From a virus, in the IMG/VR virus record IMGVR_UViG_3300045918_000131, positions 30,249-94,248 of that record: a stretch of 64,000 bases of DNA; one strand, written 5' to 3'. This document shows positions 9,529-19,005 of the stretch, one piece after another. Under the pieces are notes generated by a model, which saw only the letters and a list, made by a program, of their open reading frames with translations, ran no database searches and was not told the origin of the DNA. Every line of letters starts with the position of its first letter. Position 1 is the stretch's first letter. A program made the translations under genes and the position numbers.

Positions 9529-9532
9529 AATA

Positions 9533-9847
9533 TTAGATTATAATACTACCTTTTGTTACGGGTTGAATACCTGTAGTCTTTTCTATATAGTGCGACTTTA
9601 ATTCATCTAATGTTGGACCTGTCATCATAATATGATTTTTTGATATTGGAACCTCCTTGCCTGCTTCAACAGTAAATAATGCAGGCACTAGACGTACACC
9701 TGATTGTGTAGGAACAACAGCCGCTGGATTAGTAACAATATATGCATCTTCTGTCTCACTAATTAACTTAGCAACTAATTCGTCTCCATTTGCTAATTTA
9801 ATTGTGAAGATATCATTTGATTCAAATTTACTTTTGGTTTTTAACAT
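9533..9847 (-). CDS. Conserved T4-like phage protein (Sm-like fold probable)
   Basis: IKLANGDELVAKL...Y...TTGI pattern. Confidence 0.55.
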   Translation of the reverse strand: MLKTKSKFESNDIFTIKLANGDELVAKLISETEDAYIVTNPAAVVPTQSGVRLVPALFTVEAGKEVPISKNHIMMTGPTLDELKSHYIEKTTGIQPVTKGSIII

Positions 9848-10027
9848 TTTTTTCCTTTAGAGTTTGATTAAGCTGAGTGATTACATTTTGTTGAAGAGTT
9901 ATTCTTTTATCTTCAATATTTAGATTCAGTTTACCTATTGTTTCTAAATTTACTTCTTTTTTCTTTTTAGAATAATACATGGGGTCCATTTTACTATCTC
10001 CTAAAAGGGTAATTTAATACTGATTCA

Positions 10028-10216
10028 CTATTTAAAATACTTATGTCGATAAGTGGTATCTTGTTTATTTTCTAATCGTTTTAAAATAGCGGTTCTTTGT
10101 TCATCTGTATAACTAGCCCATTCCTTTATCTCGATTATTAATCTACCACAACCTATACATATATCTTGTTCGGATAATGTACATAATCTAATACATGGAT
10201 TATTAATTTTACTCAT
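10028..10216 (-). CDS. DUF1289-like Cys-rich protein
   Basis: NPCIRLCTL...CIGCGR..EI..W; start re-assigned to MSKIN. Confidence 0.75.
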   Translation of the reverse strand: MSKINNPCIRLCTLSEQDICIGCGRLIIEIKEWASYTDEQRTAILKRLENKQDTTYRHKYFK

Positions 10217-10217
10217 T

Positions 10218-10412
10218 CTAATAGGCGCCTGTATTTTTAAACCACTTTCCCTTGAGCTCAAAAGAGGTATTAGAAGCATCAAAAATTCTATGTTCTATAC
10301 CAGTTAGACATTTATCGCATTTAATAGAAATATGACTCTCTTCTACTTTTCGAATATGTGTATTTTTTGAATTGCAAATATTGCATTGGTAAGTATATAG
10401 AGGAATGATCAT
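10218..10412 (-). CDS. FmdB-family zinc-ribbon protein
   Basis: PLYTYQCNIC...CDKC...FELKGKWF. Confidence 0.75.
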   Translation of the reverse strand: MIIPLYTYQCNICNSKNTHIRKVEESHISIKCDKCLTGIEHRIFDASNTSFELKGKWFKNTGAY

Positions 10413-11455
10413 TCTCCTTTAAATATGATAAGATTGTTTTTTAATCTATCGTTGTTTGGATTCAACTTTATTGCTTCTTTTACTAATGTAATTGCATCAT
10501 TCTTTAAACCCATATTCCATGCTGCTATAGAAGCATAATCATACGGGACTTCGTTCCAAGAGTCAACTTCTGTTATATAATGAATCTCTTTTTCTGTGAT
10601 AGCTAATGCTTGCATCATAGCATAATATGTACCTACCCAGTTTTGTAAGTTATAATATACTTTACCTAATTTAATCCAAGGTTCGCGGTCTATTTGATGT
10701 TCCGAACATGCTTTTAAAGCCCATACTAATGCAGTGTTGTTATCATTTTTCTTACAATAACATCTAGCAATAAATCTCATTGATGCACAACGCTCAGCAG
10801 TCCACTTAGCTGTTGGTAGAGACAAATGACGTTGGAGCTCTATAATTGCTTTGTCCCAATGCCCATAATACATATATTCCCTACCAAGATAATGCGAGTT
10901 ACGGTCATTATTTTGATCTTCTTGACACGATAACTCAAGCAACGGTAAATATGAACTACGCGATTTAGTATTGTCTGGATAATGGTGTACTGTAAAGTTA
11001 TTACAATAAGTTTGTACCTCTAATCCCTCATATACTAATACTTCGTGAACTGGATTAACCCATTTATACCCCTTACGTAAGTGAATCTTATCGTACCAAA
11101 ATTCTGTACCAGGACCCCATATATACTTATATCTTAACCTAGTAGTTGTATTAAGCCAACTTTTCTCTATTTCTCCCCTCCATCCAGGAGTTATAACTTC
11201 ATCTAAATCAATACATAAACAAACATCAACATCTTCAGGTACATTGTCTAATGAAATATTTCGTGCAATATCAAACCTCCATGGATTAATATTGGTTTCG
11301 TGTACTATTGCACCGTGTTCTTTAAGCAACGAAATAGTATTATCTGTAGAACCTGTATCGGTAACGACTACTACATCGGCTTCTTTTAAATTTTCCATAA
11401 ACCTAGTTACGAATTGTTCTTCATTTTTACATATTGCGTATACTGCTATTTTCAC
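10409..11455 (-). CDS. GT2 glycosyltransferase with TPR repeats
   Basis: ICKNEE, DTGSTDNT, FDIARN, IDLDE (DxD), VHE; C-terminal TPRs. Confidence 0.88.
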   Translation of the reverse strand: MKIAVYAICKNEEQFVTRFMENLKEADVVVVTDTGSTDNTISLLKEHGAIVHETNINPWRFDIARNISLDNVPEDVDVCLCIDLDEVITPGWRGEIEKSWLNTTTRLRYKYIWGPGTEFWYDKIHLRKGYKWVNPVHEVLVYEGLEVQTYCNNFTVHHYPDNTKSRSSYLPLLELSCQEDQNNDRNSHYLGREYMYYGHWDKAIIELQRHLSLPTAKWTAERCASMRFIARCYCKKNDNNTALVWALKACSEHQIDREPWIKLGKVYYNLQNWVGTYYAMMQALAITEKEIHYITEVDSWNEVPYDYASIAAWNMGLKNDAITLVKEAIKLNPNNDRLKNNLIIFKGE

Positions 11456-11543
11456 TTATGTGATCCTTTGTTCTATCAATCTGATAATGTTTGTAAATAC
11501 TGTTCAAACATTGTGTATACAACTTTTCTCTTTAAATCCATTA

Positions 11544-12641
11544 TCAAAAATCAGAATCAAAATCAATATTAGTATCGTCGCGTACTATTGTTCCGACTTT
11601 ATATGCATTGTTATCTTGTTCTTGTGGTGCTGCTTGTGTATTACCGATATTAATCCAATCTTCCATATGAGGCATAGGATTATGCTTAGGGAATTTATAA
11701 TCTCCATCCAAATTTAAAAATTTATGTACTGGCGCTGCATTAAACATAACCCAAGATTTAATAATATTAGCATTAGCTCCTACTAATTCACGTCCCTCAC
11801 TGAATAAGTAATCAGCCCATGCTAATTCAGCATTTACTACTTCGTCGAACAATTTCTGTATTCTTGGTTTTAACCGGTTATATGTTGACTGACCCCTTTC
11901 AGTTTGTAGTTCTATACGTAATACTTCTTTATCAAGCTCTACGTGTATCTCTAACTCGTCTTGTGCGATTTTTTGTACTGCTTTACCCACTGGTTGGAAC
12001 CAATTAATGCTACAGATAGTAAATGTAATAGCAAAACTTGCCATAAACTGTACACGTTCGAGTAATAATAACGCAACTATACCCATAAATAATGAGTCAT
12101 ATGCTTCGTCGGATTTGATCAACCCTAATGCATACTTATGTGATGCTTGATATAAGTCGTCAAATACTTCTTTAATATTAGTTAATCGTATTAAACTTTC
12201 TTTGACTGCTAATATTTCTTTAAGTACATGCTCTGGATTATCAAAGCTCATACGCACAATTTCGGAATATGTTGATGCATGAAGTACTTCGTTATCCGAT
12301 ACACGTTGCCAAGCTGCCCACAGAGAACTATCTGTAATAAAAGGAGCTAATACAGGGGCAATACTACGAGATGCAACACTATCGGCTTCCCATTGCCATG
12401 CTAACGTTCTTATCATCATCTCGTACACCGGCTTGGGGCAATTTTTAAAATCTAGATTACATTGCGAATAATCAAACTCGTCTTCTGACCAGTCTAAAGA
12501 TTTCATCTCTTTATATAATTGCCAGATTCTAGGATAATGTTTATTTACTGTATCGAACAAGCCAGGGTCTTCTCCAAAGAATAACGGGGATTGTATACGA
12601 TACTGTTCTGGTGTTTTTTCTGTATTAAATGTTTTTGTCAT
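11544..12641 (-). CDS. nrdB: Ribonucleotide reductase class Ia beta subunit
   Basis: W...E, EVLHASTY, LERVQFMASF and DELEIH di-iron motifs; start re-assigned to MTKTF. Confidence 0.93.
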   Translation of the reverse strand: MTKTFNTEKTPEQYRIQSPLFFGEDPGLFDTVNKHYPRIWQLYKEMKSLDWSEDEFDYSQCNLDFKNCPKPVYEMMIRTLAWQWEADSVASRSIAPVLAPFITDSSLWAAWQRVSDNEVLHASTYSEIVRMSFDNPEHVLKEILAVKESLIRLTNIKEVFDDLYQASHKYALGLIKSDEAYDSLFMGIVALLLLERVQFMASFAITFTICSINWFQPVGKAVQKIAQDELEIHVELDKEVLRIELQTERGQSTYNRLKPRIQKLFDEVVNAELAWADYLFSEGRELVGANANIIKSWVMFNAAPVHKFLNLDGDYKFPKHNPMPHMEDWINIGNTQAAPQEQDNNAYKVGTIVRDDTNIDFDSDF

Positions 12642-12661
12642 AATTAACTTTCTATATAAGG

Positions 12662-13789
12662 TTACAGTGAGCAAGCGCCGCTTGAACAGCCTCGGTCATC
12701 TGAGTTATTGTTCTCTATTAGTCCATTTTGACTAATAGTTGCATCTTCGTCTGCTGATAAGTCTACTCCATTACTAGTAAGACTATTTACATAATACCTC
12801 GATTTCATTCCATATTTAACCATTGTTAAATAATCTTGTATCATGTCTGTACTAGATACTTTTTGATCTCCTTGTATCTTTACAAATAAGTCAGCACTAA
12901 TTGCTTGATCGCACCATTTCTGAAAAATAGAATATACTTTAATCATATCATTAGTGCTAATATCCCATGCTAATTGATACTTATTTTTTAACTTAGTACC
13001 GTCCGGCGCGGACCAATGGTTTACTCCGGTATCATTGGTTTTCATTAAATTAAATTCTCTAATAGGATAGGACCCATTGGTAGTTCCGCTTGAAATGGTC
13101 GATGACTCCCCCGGAGCATTTGCCACTATCACTGAATTACGTATGCCGCCATTGGCAATTATCTCTTTACGTAACATATCCCAATCACGCTTACATTCGA
13201 CTGTAACTAATTCATCTACACGTTGTTCATAAGTATCCAATGGTAACCATCCTTCAGGCCATCTAGTTTTATGCATCCAGGGCGCATTGCCAAGTTCTTT
13301 ACCTAAGCGAAGACTTGCATTTAATACATGCCAGTAATGCGTTTCTGCTAATTCGTGTATAAAATTTCGTCCTTCAATAGTATTATATTTTTTATCTTTC
13401 TTTGCCATTAAATGTGCTAAACCTAATATACCAACACCAGCACTTAATCTTGACTTTGCTGTATGCTCTAAGTTAGGAAACACATAATCAGACTTATGTA
13501 TACATTTATCTATCATTTTTAATGCATAATATGCTACTTCTGCATATTGCTCATCTGACTCAATATTACCTACAACTATTCCCGCAAGACTACATAACCC
13601 GATTTCGCCGTCTCCTTCTTCATAATATTGTTTATATAATTCGGCAACGCTAGAATACCCTTTGGAAATTAGGGCTATCTCCTGACAGTTATGCACTAAT
13701 ACATCATTAGCGAAAAACGATTCTGTTTCTGGCACAGTAATATCATATACTGGCGTTGGATCTACTTTAATCTTTCTAATCTTAATCAT
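12662..13789 (-). CDS. nrdA: RNR alpha subunit, C-terminal half, with N-terminal IntC
   Basis: IntC ...VYDITV...FFANDVLVHN followed by CQEI, CSLAG, APGESS, DQAIS, SRYY and C-terminal GCSSGAC. Confidence 0.93.
   Translation of the reverse strand: MIKIRKIKVDPTPVYDITVPETESFFANDVLVHNCQEIALISKGYSSVAELYKQYYEEGDGEIGLCSLAGIVVGNIESDEQYAEVAYYALKMIDKCIHKSDYVFPNLEHTAKSRLSAGVGILGLAHLMAKKDKKYNTIEGRNFIHELAETHYWHVLNASLRLGKELGNAPWMHKTRWPEGWLPLDTYEQRVDELVTVECKRDWDMLRKEIIANGGIRNSVIVANAPGESSTISSGTTNGSYPIREFNLMKTNDTGVNHWSAPDGTKLKNKYQLAWDISTNDMIKVYSIFQKWCDQAISADLFVKIQGDQKVSSTDMIQDYLTMVKYGMKSRYYVNSLTSNGVDLSADEDATISQNGLIENNNSDDRGCSSGACSL
13688..13789 (-). mobile_element. Split intein C-fragment (34 aa)
   Basis: Block F VYDITV, block G HN, +1 Cys. 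Confidence 0.92.
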
Positions 13790-13893
13790 ATGGTTCTTCC
13801 TGGGTAATACCCGTCTGGTGATTGTTGTGATGCTTTAACTTTAATATTTTTTCGTTTGTAAACCATTTATGTGAGTAGCGCAATTTCTTTACA
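13790..13893 (-). pseudogene. Possible remnant of a free-standing homing endonuclease
   Basis: With one frameshift encodes HKWFTNE..NIKVKASQQSPDGYYPGRT, resembling C-terminal W-x-x-N/D..P-x-G-x-x-x-G-R motifs of phage endonucleases. Confidence 0.45.
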
Positions 13894-15492
13894 TTAAGTT
13901 TCGAGTAATTCGTCACGTTCGGTTAAATCTTTTGCGGGTACAAATCCTCGATTTTTAGTATAAATCATATGGTCGGCGGTGCATCTTATTATCTTACCGT
14001 TAGGACTTTCAATCTCATATAAATCTGTCGAAACCCCTGTTTGCGCTGCGGCTGATACTTTACTCCATACTACCTCTTCGCCGTTAAATGATTTAACATA
14101 AACTTCCGTATAATATCCTAACTCATACTTGGCAATAAAGTCGTCTAATCTGACTATTTCGGCAAAATTTCCGGCGTTGTTAGACGCAATTTCAATGTTA
14201 GTATTGCCAGTCAAACAGAGATTCGACGAATAAATCTTTTCTTTAAAAGGAGTATGTTTATTCATCGTATCAAACTGATGTAAGTAATGTACTCCGGTTT
14301 CGTAACTTTGTGTTAATGCACCTAATAATAATTCACGAGCATTAACTTTAACCTTTACTTTATCTGAATTTGCGTAAAGTGTATATAATTCTTCAAATTT
14401 ATTAGGGTCTTTATTATATTGTGCTTCGTATAACTCCGGCACATCCCCGTACGAAAATAAGTAAATATCTTCATTCTTAGCTACTTTACGTGCAAAAAAT
14501 TTATTACTACCAAAACTATAATGACATCCTCCTATTTTTTTATTAAGCGGAGTCATCGGGTGTCTCAATTTTTGTATCACTTCGACTTCGGGGTCAAATG
14601 CAGTGTAATGTACTGTGCTCGCGCCCCCACGCCCATTTTGTAAATTAGCTTGTATTGCACCTACCATTGCTCTATAGTATGGCAACTTACCTTGATGTTG
14701 AATAATTCCGTTACGAATCGAGTCACCTAGAGATCTAGTCTTAATATGAGTTCCTATACCAGCACTCATACATGTCATCATATATGCAATATGATCTCCG
14801 GCCGCCAAACTGGCAGCTGAATCCTGTGTAGTATAAACACAACATGAAGCATAACCGTTTAACTGTGTACCTAAATTAACAAAATTTGGTGTTGGACAGT
14901 TAATCCTATTGAAACTAAAATGATCATACCATGCTTTTACATGTACTAAACGTTCTGCTGATGGCTCATCTTCTGCTAACGCCATAGCCATACGCATGTA
15001 TACAAATTGAGGAGATTCATACTCTTTACCTGTTACTTTGTTGCGTAATGCATACTTATAACGAATTTGATTTAATTGATAATGAGGATATTTTAAATCT
15101 CGTTTGTGGTCTATAATTTTTTCTATTGCTGTATATTCGTCAGTTGAATAATGCATGTCTACCATTAAACCAGCAGTCTGTAATTCTTCATGTAAACTTT
15201 GTACTGATGGTCTACCATATGGATAAATTACACGTTCAAGTAAGTAAGTATATAACCTACCTGCCATTCTATTATACTCCCAGGTTTTTCTACTTAAACA
15301 AGTACTAATTAAGGTCTCTTGTAATTGTTGACTAGTACAAGTTTCAGGACATTGTACTACTGCATCTATTACTATGATAGACCAATCTACCTGTGATCCT
15401 AATGTTTTTGCAGCCCATGTTCCCCAACCATTTACTTTTGATGGAGAAAAATCTTCAACTCTCCCGTCGCGTTTTACGATCTTTTTTATCAT
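13894..15492 (-). CDS. nrdA: RNR alpha subunit, N-terminal half, with C-terminal IntN
   Basis: ATP-cone VKRDG, ESPQ, PTP, ASCC, AGIG, RGGA, SSNL then intein. Confidence 0.93.
   Translation of the reverse strand: MIKKIVKRDGRVEDFSPSKVNGWGTWAAKTLGSQVDWSIIVIDAVVQCPETCTSQQLQETLISTCLSRKTWEYNRMAGRLYTYLLERVIYPYGRPSVQSLHEELQTAGLMVDMHYSTDEYTAIEKIIDHKRDLKYPHYQLNQIRYKYALRNKVTGKEYESPQFVYMRMAMALAEDEPSAERLVHVKAWYDHFSFNRINCPTPNFVNLGTQLNGYASCCVYTTQDSAASLAAGDHIAYMMTCMSAGIGTHIKTRSLGDSIRNGIIQHQGKLPYYRAMVGAIQANLQNGRGGASTVHYTAFDPEVEVIQKLRHPMTPLNKKIGGCHYSFGSNKFFARKVAKNEDIYLFSYGDVPELYEAQYNKDPNKFEELYTLYANSDKVKVKVNARELLLGALTQSYETGVHYLHQFDTMNKHTPFKEKIYSSNLCLTGNTNIEIASNNAGNFAEIVRLDDFIAKYELGYYTEVYVKSFNGEEVVWSKVSAAAQTGVSTDLYEIESPNGKIIRCTADHMIYTKNRGFVPAKDLTERDELLET
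13897..14217 (-). mobile_element. Split intein N-fragment (107 aa)
   Basis: Block A CLTGNT after SSNL; block B CTADH; ends AKDLTERDELLET-stop. Confidence 0.92.
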
Positions 15493-15534
15493 TATTACCT
15501 TCTATTGTGTTGTGTGTTAATATTTACCGAGTCT

Positions 15535-15560
15535 AAAAAGGACACAGAAATTCTGTGTCC
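15535..15560 (-). terminator. Rho-independent terminator
   Basis: GGACACAGA-ATT-TCTGTGTCC hairpin followed by a T-tract on the minus strand, after gene 15589. Confidence 0.75.
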
Positions 15561-15588
15561 AAAATTAAATTTTAATATTTAAGTTAAA

Positions 15589-17217
15589 TTACATTAAGGA
15601 CCTGCTAGTGGTGCTGAGTTGAACTACAACATTACTATCTGTATTAATAGATGTATACTGTAATACTATCTGTCCGTTACTTACAGTTGGATATAAAGTA
15701 ACACCAACACCAGTATTTGATTCAATATATTCATCATCGTAAACAATTGATGATCCATTAGTTGATATCTTCAATGCACCAGAACGACGTTCTAACCCAG
15801 CTGTAATAGAATATTCAACTATTGTAGGACTAAGGTTATAACCTACAATTAAGTTGTCGTCTTGATTAGTAACATTATTAGATAAAATAACAGTGTTTCC
15901 ACCAATGCTAAGTTGCCTACCTAACATTACTTGTCCATTAGGTAACGTAGCAAAGCTTCCGCCAGTGTCATTTAATACAATACCCGGTGTAGCACCTTGA
16001 TATGATACATCAAACATATCTCCAATACTATAACAATTTTTTCCTGCTAAAGACACAGCAGGGCCATTTCCTCCTACATTCTTAAACGTATTAAATGAAC
16101 TAACAATGTTGGTAACATCTAAACTTGGAGAATTTATTGCTATGTTTGTTATGTTATCAAAGGTAACACCTGTTACTTTAACACCTGTAATATTAGTGTT
16201 GGGTAATGTTATTCCTGCACTTAGGCAAATACCTTGATATAACGTATCTTGTGTTCCGCCAATAATATTAACATTTGATAGATTTTTATCGCAGAATACA
16301 GAATATGTATTATACCCAAAGTCGCAATTTAAAAAAGTTATATTACTTGATAAAGTTTGACTTCCGGCTACTGTGCCGCCTGTCCCAATCTTAACACATG
16401 CTGAGATATTATTCGATGAAGGTGCTACAGGAATTGCACCTGTTGTATAAGATCCTTTCATTGCCACTCTATTAAAATATACATCGGTTACCGAATCAAG
16501 ATATACTAGCTCGTTAGAAACCTTATTTTGTATAGTTAAATCTTCTATCTCAAAATATCCAGGGGCTGTTACTGAAGAACTCGATGTCGCAATAGTTCCA
16601 GTAATACCAGTTATACCGTTTGAGTCGCAAGAACTTAATGCATAAGGTTGTGTTGGATCTGTTTGAATTATAAACGTTGAATTTTTACCATCGCCCTTAA
16701 GTTTTACATAAGGCAATAGACGAATAAAGTCACCAGATAAATTATACACTCCTGCAGGCAAGTGAATAGTTCTACGTACCATTGGTTGGTTTGTTAAGTT
16801 AATTCCCTGTCTATTAAACAAGTGTTGAATTGCATGATTTAGTGCTGTAACTTCATTTGCAACTCCGTCGCCGATACCGCCAACATCTCTAAAATTAACA
16901 AAATCATCTAATTTATCTTGTAATAATCTAGGGACAGAAATCGGAGAAGTAAGTGTATATAATGCTTCCCCAGCACCCCAAACTAAAGAGGTTTCAGCAC
17001 CACTGAATTGATACATTCCGGCAATTTTAAAAATATCACTGTATTGTGTTAATATTTCGGTATTACCGAGTACGGGTGTACCTTCGGTTAGTGTACCGTT
17101 ACCGATGAATAGTTGTCTAGTATCATTTGCCCAACCTAACTCGGCACTTGAGAGTTGAGGTAAGTCTTCTTGGAGACCACGTCTTACTTGAATGCGACTA
17201 ATTTGAAGTACTGCCAT
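15589..17217 (-). CDS. Tail fibre/baseplate structural protein with a beta-helix (pectate-lyase-like) region
   Basis: RIQVRRG..LPQL..AELGW N-terminal domain; LQDKLDD..N.RD.GG.GDG..; HLPAGVY; late motif upstream. Confidence 0.7.
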   Translation of the reverse strand: MAVLQISRIQVRRGLQEDLPQLSSAELGWANDTRQLFIGNGTLTEGTPVLGNTEILTQYSDIFKIAGMYQFSGAETSLVWGAGEALYTLTSPISVPRLLQDKLDDFVNFRDVGGIGDGVANEVTALNHAIQHLFNRQGINLTNQPMVRRTIHLPAGVYNLSGDFIRLLPYVKLKGDGKNSTFIIQTDPTQPYALSSCDSNGITGITGTIATSSSSVTAPGYFEIEDLTIQNKVSNELVYLDSVTDVYFNRVAMKGSYTTGAIPVAPSSNNISACVKIGTGGTVAGSQTLSSNITFLNCDFGYNTYSVFCDKNLSNVNIIGGTQDTLYQGICLSAGITLPNTNITGVKVTGVTFDNITNIAINSPSLDVTNIVSSFNTFKNVGGNGPAVSLAGKNCYSIGDMFDVSYQGATPGIVLNDTGGSFATLPNGQVMLGRQLSIGGNTVILSNNVTNQDDNLIVGYNLSPTIVEYSITAGLERRSGALKISTNGSSIVYDDEYIESNTGVGVTLYPTVSNGQIVLQYTSINTDSNVVVQLSTTSRSLM

Positions 17218-17284
17218 ATATTATAATCCTTACATGTATCTTATATTTATGCTTTATCCATCTGGATTGATCTTTTATTTGACA

Positions 17285-17986
17285 TCAAACTAACATTTCA
17301 TAATATTTTTCAACACGGCGCCACATAATGTCTACGTACTTTGACCATTCTGCACCTTCTATTACCCATTGTTGGTATTCGCAAGCTCGACTACACATTA
17401 AAATAACACCGGTTTGTATATTAGTACCATATAACTTATTATGTGCTTCGCCGTACATAACTATTTGGATTTTATAATCCTCTACATATTCGTCTTTTTT
17501 GGGTTTATTTGTTTGTTTAAAGTCAAATATAGCTTCTTTACCTTTCCAACTTCCTGCTCCGTCGGTTGACCCAGCATATATTTCCGGATAATATAACGAT
17601 ATTTCATTACCCCAAATCTCATCAAAGTGAGCTAATCCTTCTTTAATAACTGTTTGCGCCATCGGGTGTGCTATTTGTTGTACTTGATTTGTACCAGGAG
17701 GTTTAACTATACCTTGACAGTAATTCTCAAGTATTTTATGCATGGCCGTTCCAACCCCCGCGGCTTCTGTTGTAATCTGTTGTGCTTTAGAATGACCAAC
17801 CCAATCGCGCCATTTCTGCAGTGCAGCTTTAGACTCTTCAGATTTGGTTCTATCGAGTATAGACGTTACACTTGGAAGATTTCCGGTTCCGGTTTGATAA
17901 TGTCTTTTACCGTCAATATTAATCCTTGATAATGGTTGGTAATCGAATTTATCTATTAAGTTAGGTGAATTATTAATTGTTATCAT
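17285..17986 (-). CDS. PD-(D/E)XK (Cas4/RecB-like) exonuclease
   Basis: LPSVTSIL, GTAMH..LE, YAGSTD, DFKQTNK, Q...Y. Confidence 0.85.
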   Translation of the reverse strand: MITINNSPNLIDKFDYQPLSRINIDGKRHYQTGTGNLPSVTSILDRTKSEESKAALQKWRDWVGHSKAQQITTEAAGVGTAMHKILENYCQGIVKPPGTNQVQQIAHPMAQTVIKEGLAHFDEIWGNEISLYYPEIYAGSTDGAGSWKGKEAIFDFKQTNKPKKDEYVEDYKIQIVMYGEAHNKLYGTNIQTGVILMCSRACEYQQWVIEGAEWSKYVDIMWRRVEKYYEMLV

Positions 17987-18064
17987 GTTATTATTATATC
18001 ATAATGACAGATAATAAAGCAACATTAATATTAACCTTATTGACAAACTGTAATCCAGTCTATA

Positions 18065-18484
18065 TTAATGCTGTCTTTTCTTCAATGCTCTTTTACCCAT
18101 ATTGTTTACAGTCTCTTCTGGGCTCAGGGGTGGGAATTGATTAGTAGCTTGATCTGTAGTTTTACTCTCAACATCACTACTGCCTGCTTTTCCGGGGTCT
18201 GAAGATAATGTCACTTCATCCTCATTATAATTAGCAATCAATTCTTTGACTACCTCATTATTTTCATAAGCTGTACATAGAGTAGAGTAATCAAATGTAT
18301 TATCGCCTGCATTTTGCACCATTTGAATTAAACTTTTAGTATGAATTTTGGGTGTCAACTCTTTTTCTTCGCTTCTCTTTTTAAGAAACATCAACACAGG
18401 TAACAGATTTACACTTAAAGAATTCTCATCTGATAACTGTTCAGAAGCACTAACGTCTTCACTGATAATATCTTTTATTTTCAT
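18065..18484 (-). CDS. Leader-bearing virion-associated protein
   Basis: Begins MKIKDIISE; C-terminus (TV..M.K.AL..R) similar to that of 18481. Confidence 0.7.
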   Translation of the reverse strand: MKIKDIISEDVSASEQLSDENSLSVNLLPVLMFLKKRSEEKELTPKIHTKSLIQMVQNAGDNTFDYSTLCTAYENNEVVKELIANYNEDEVTLSSDPGKAGSSDVESKTTDQATNQFPPLSPEETVNNMGKRALKKRQH

Positions 18485-18954
18485 TTTCGGTTATTTAATG
18501 CGTGTTTAGCCATACCACCAACAGTTCTGACTGTATTTTCTTCGGCTTTTTGTTGTTGTTTTTCAGGGTCTTCGTTCTTTGCTGTTAATAACCCATCAGT
18601 CTTAAACTTAACTTTCTTTAAATCTATAGTATCGATATAATGTTGAATTTTAGGCGAAGCATTATTTATCTTAACTAGGTCAATATGTGTGAACGGAATC
18701 TTTAACTTTGATACTACAGAGTTAATAATAACAGGGGTTTCAATTTCGGTAATGGTTTGTGCAATAAGTTTTCTAACGATATTAACGATAGCTTGTTCAA
18801 CCCTAGGATCTACTTTAGTAGCTGTAGCAACTTCGAGGTCTTCATCTTCAAATTCGTTCGTTTCTGGTTCAAGATCTAAAGTATTGGAATCCGGCATTGC
18901 AAGATCAAATTCTCTTCTATGCATGTCTTCACTGATAATATCTTTTATTTTCAT
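18481..18954 (-). CDS. Leader-bearing virion-associated protein, paralog of 18065
   Basis: Start at MKIKDIISE; first 30 nt identical to those of 18065. Confidence 0.7.
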   Translation of the reverse strand: MKIKDIISEDMHRREFDLAMPDSNTLDLEPETNEFEDEDLEVATATKVDPRVEQAIVNIVRKLIAQTITEIETPVIINSVVSKLKIPFTHIDLVKINNASPKIQHYIDTIDLKKVKFKTDGLLTAKNEDPEKQQQKAEENTVRTVGGMAKHALNNRK

Positions 18955-19005
18955 ACTTATTTCCCTCAACTTATTAATTGGTATTTCTATTATTGATGCT
19001 ATAAC

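Noticed and set aside
17285-17986. CRISPR-associated Cas4
   Set aside because: No Fe-S cysteine cluster, other cas genes or array; it is a typical phage PD-(D/E)XK exonuclease
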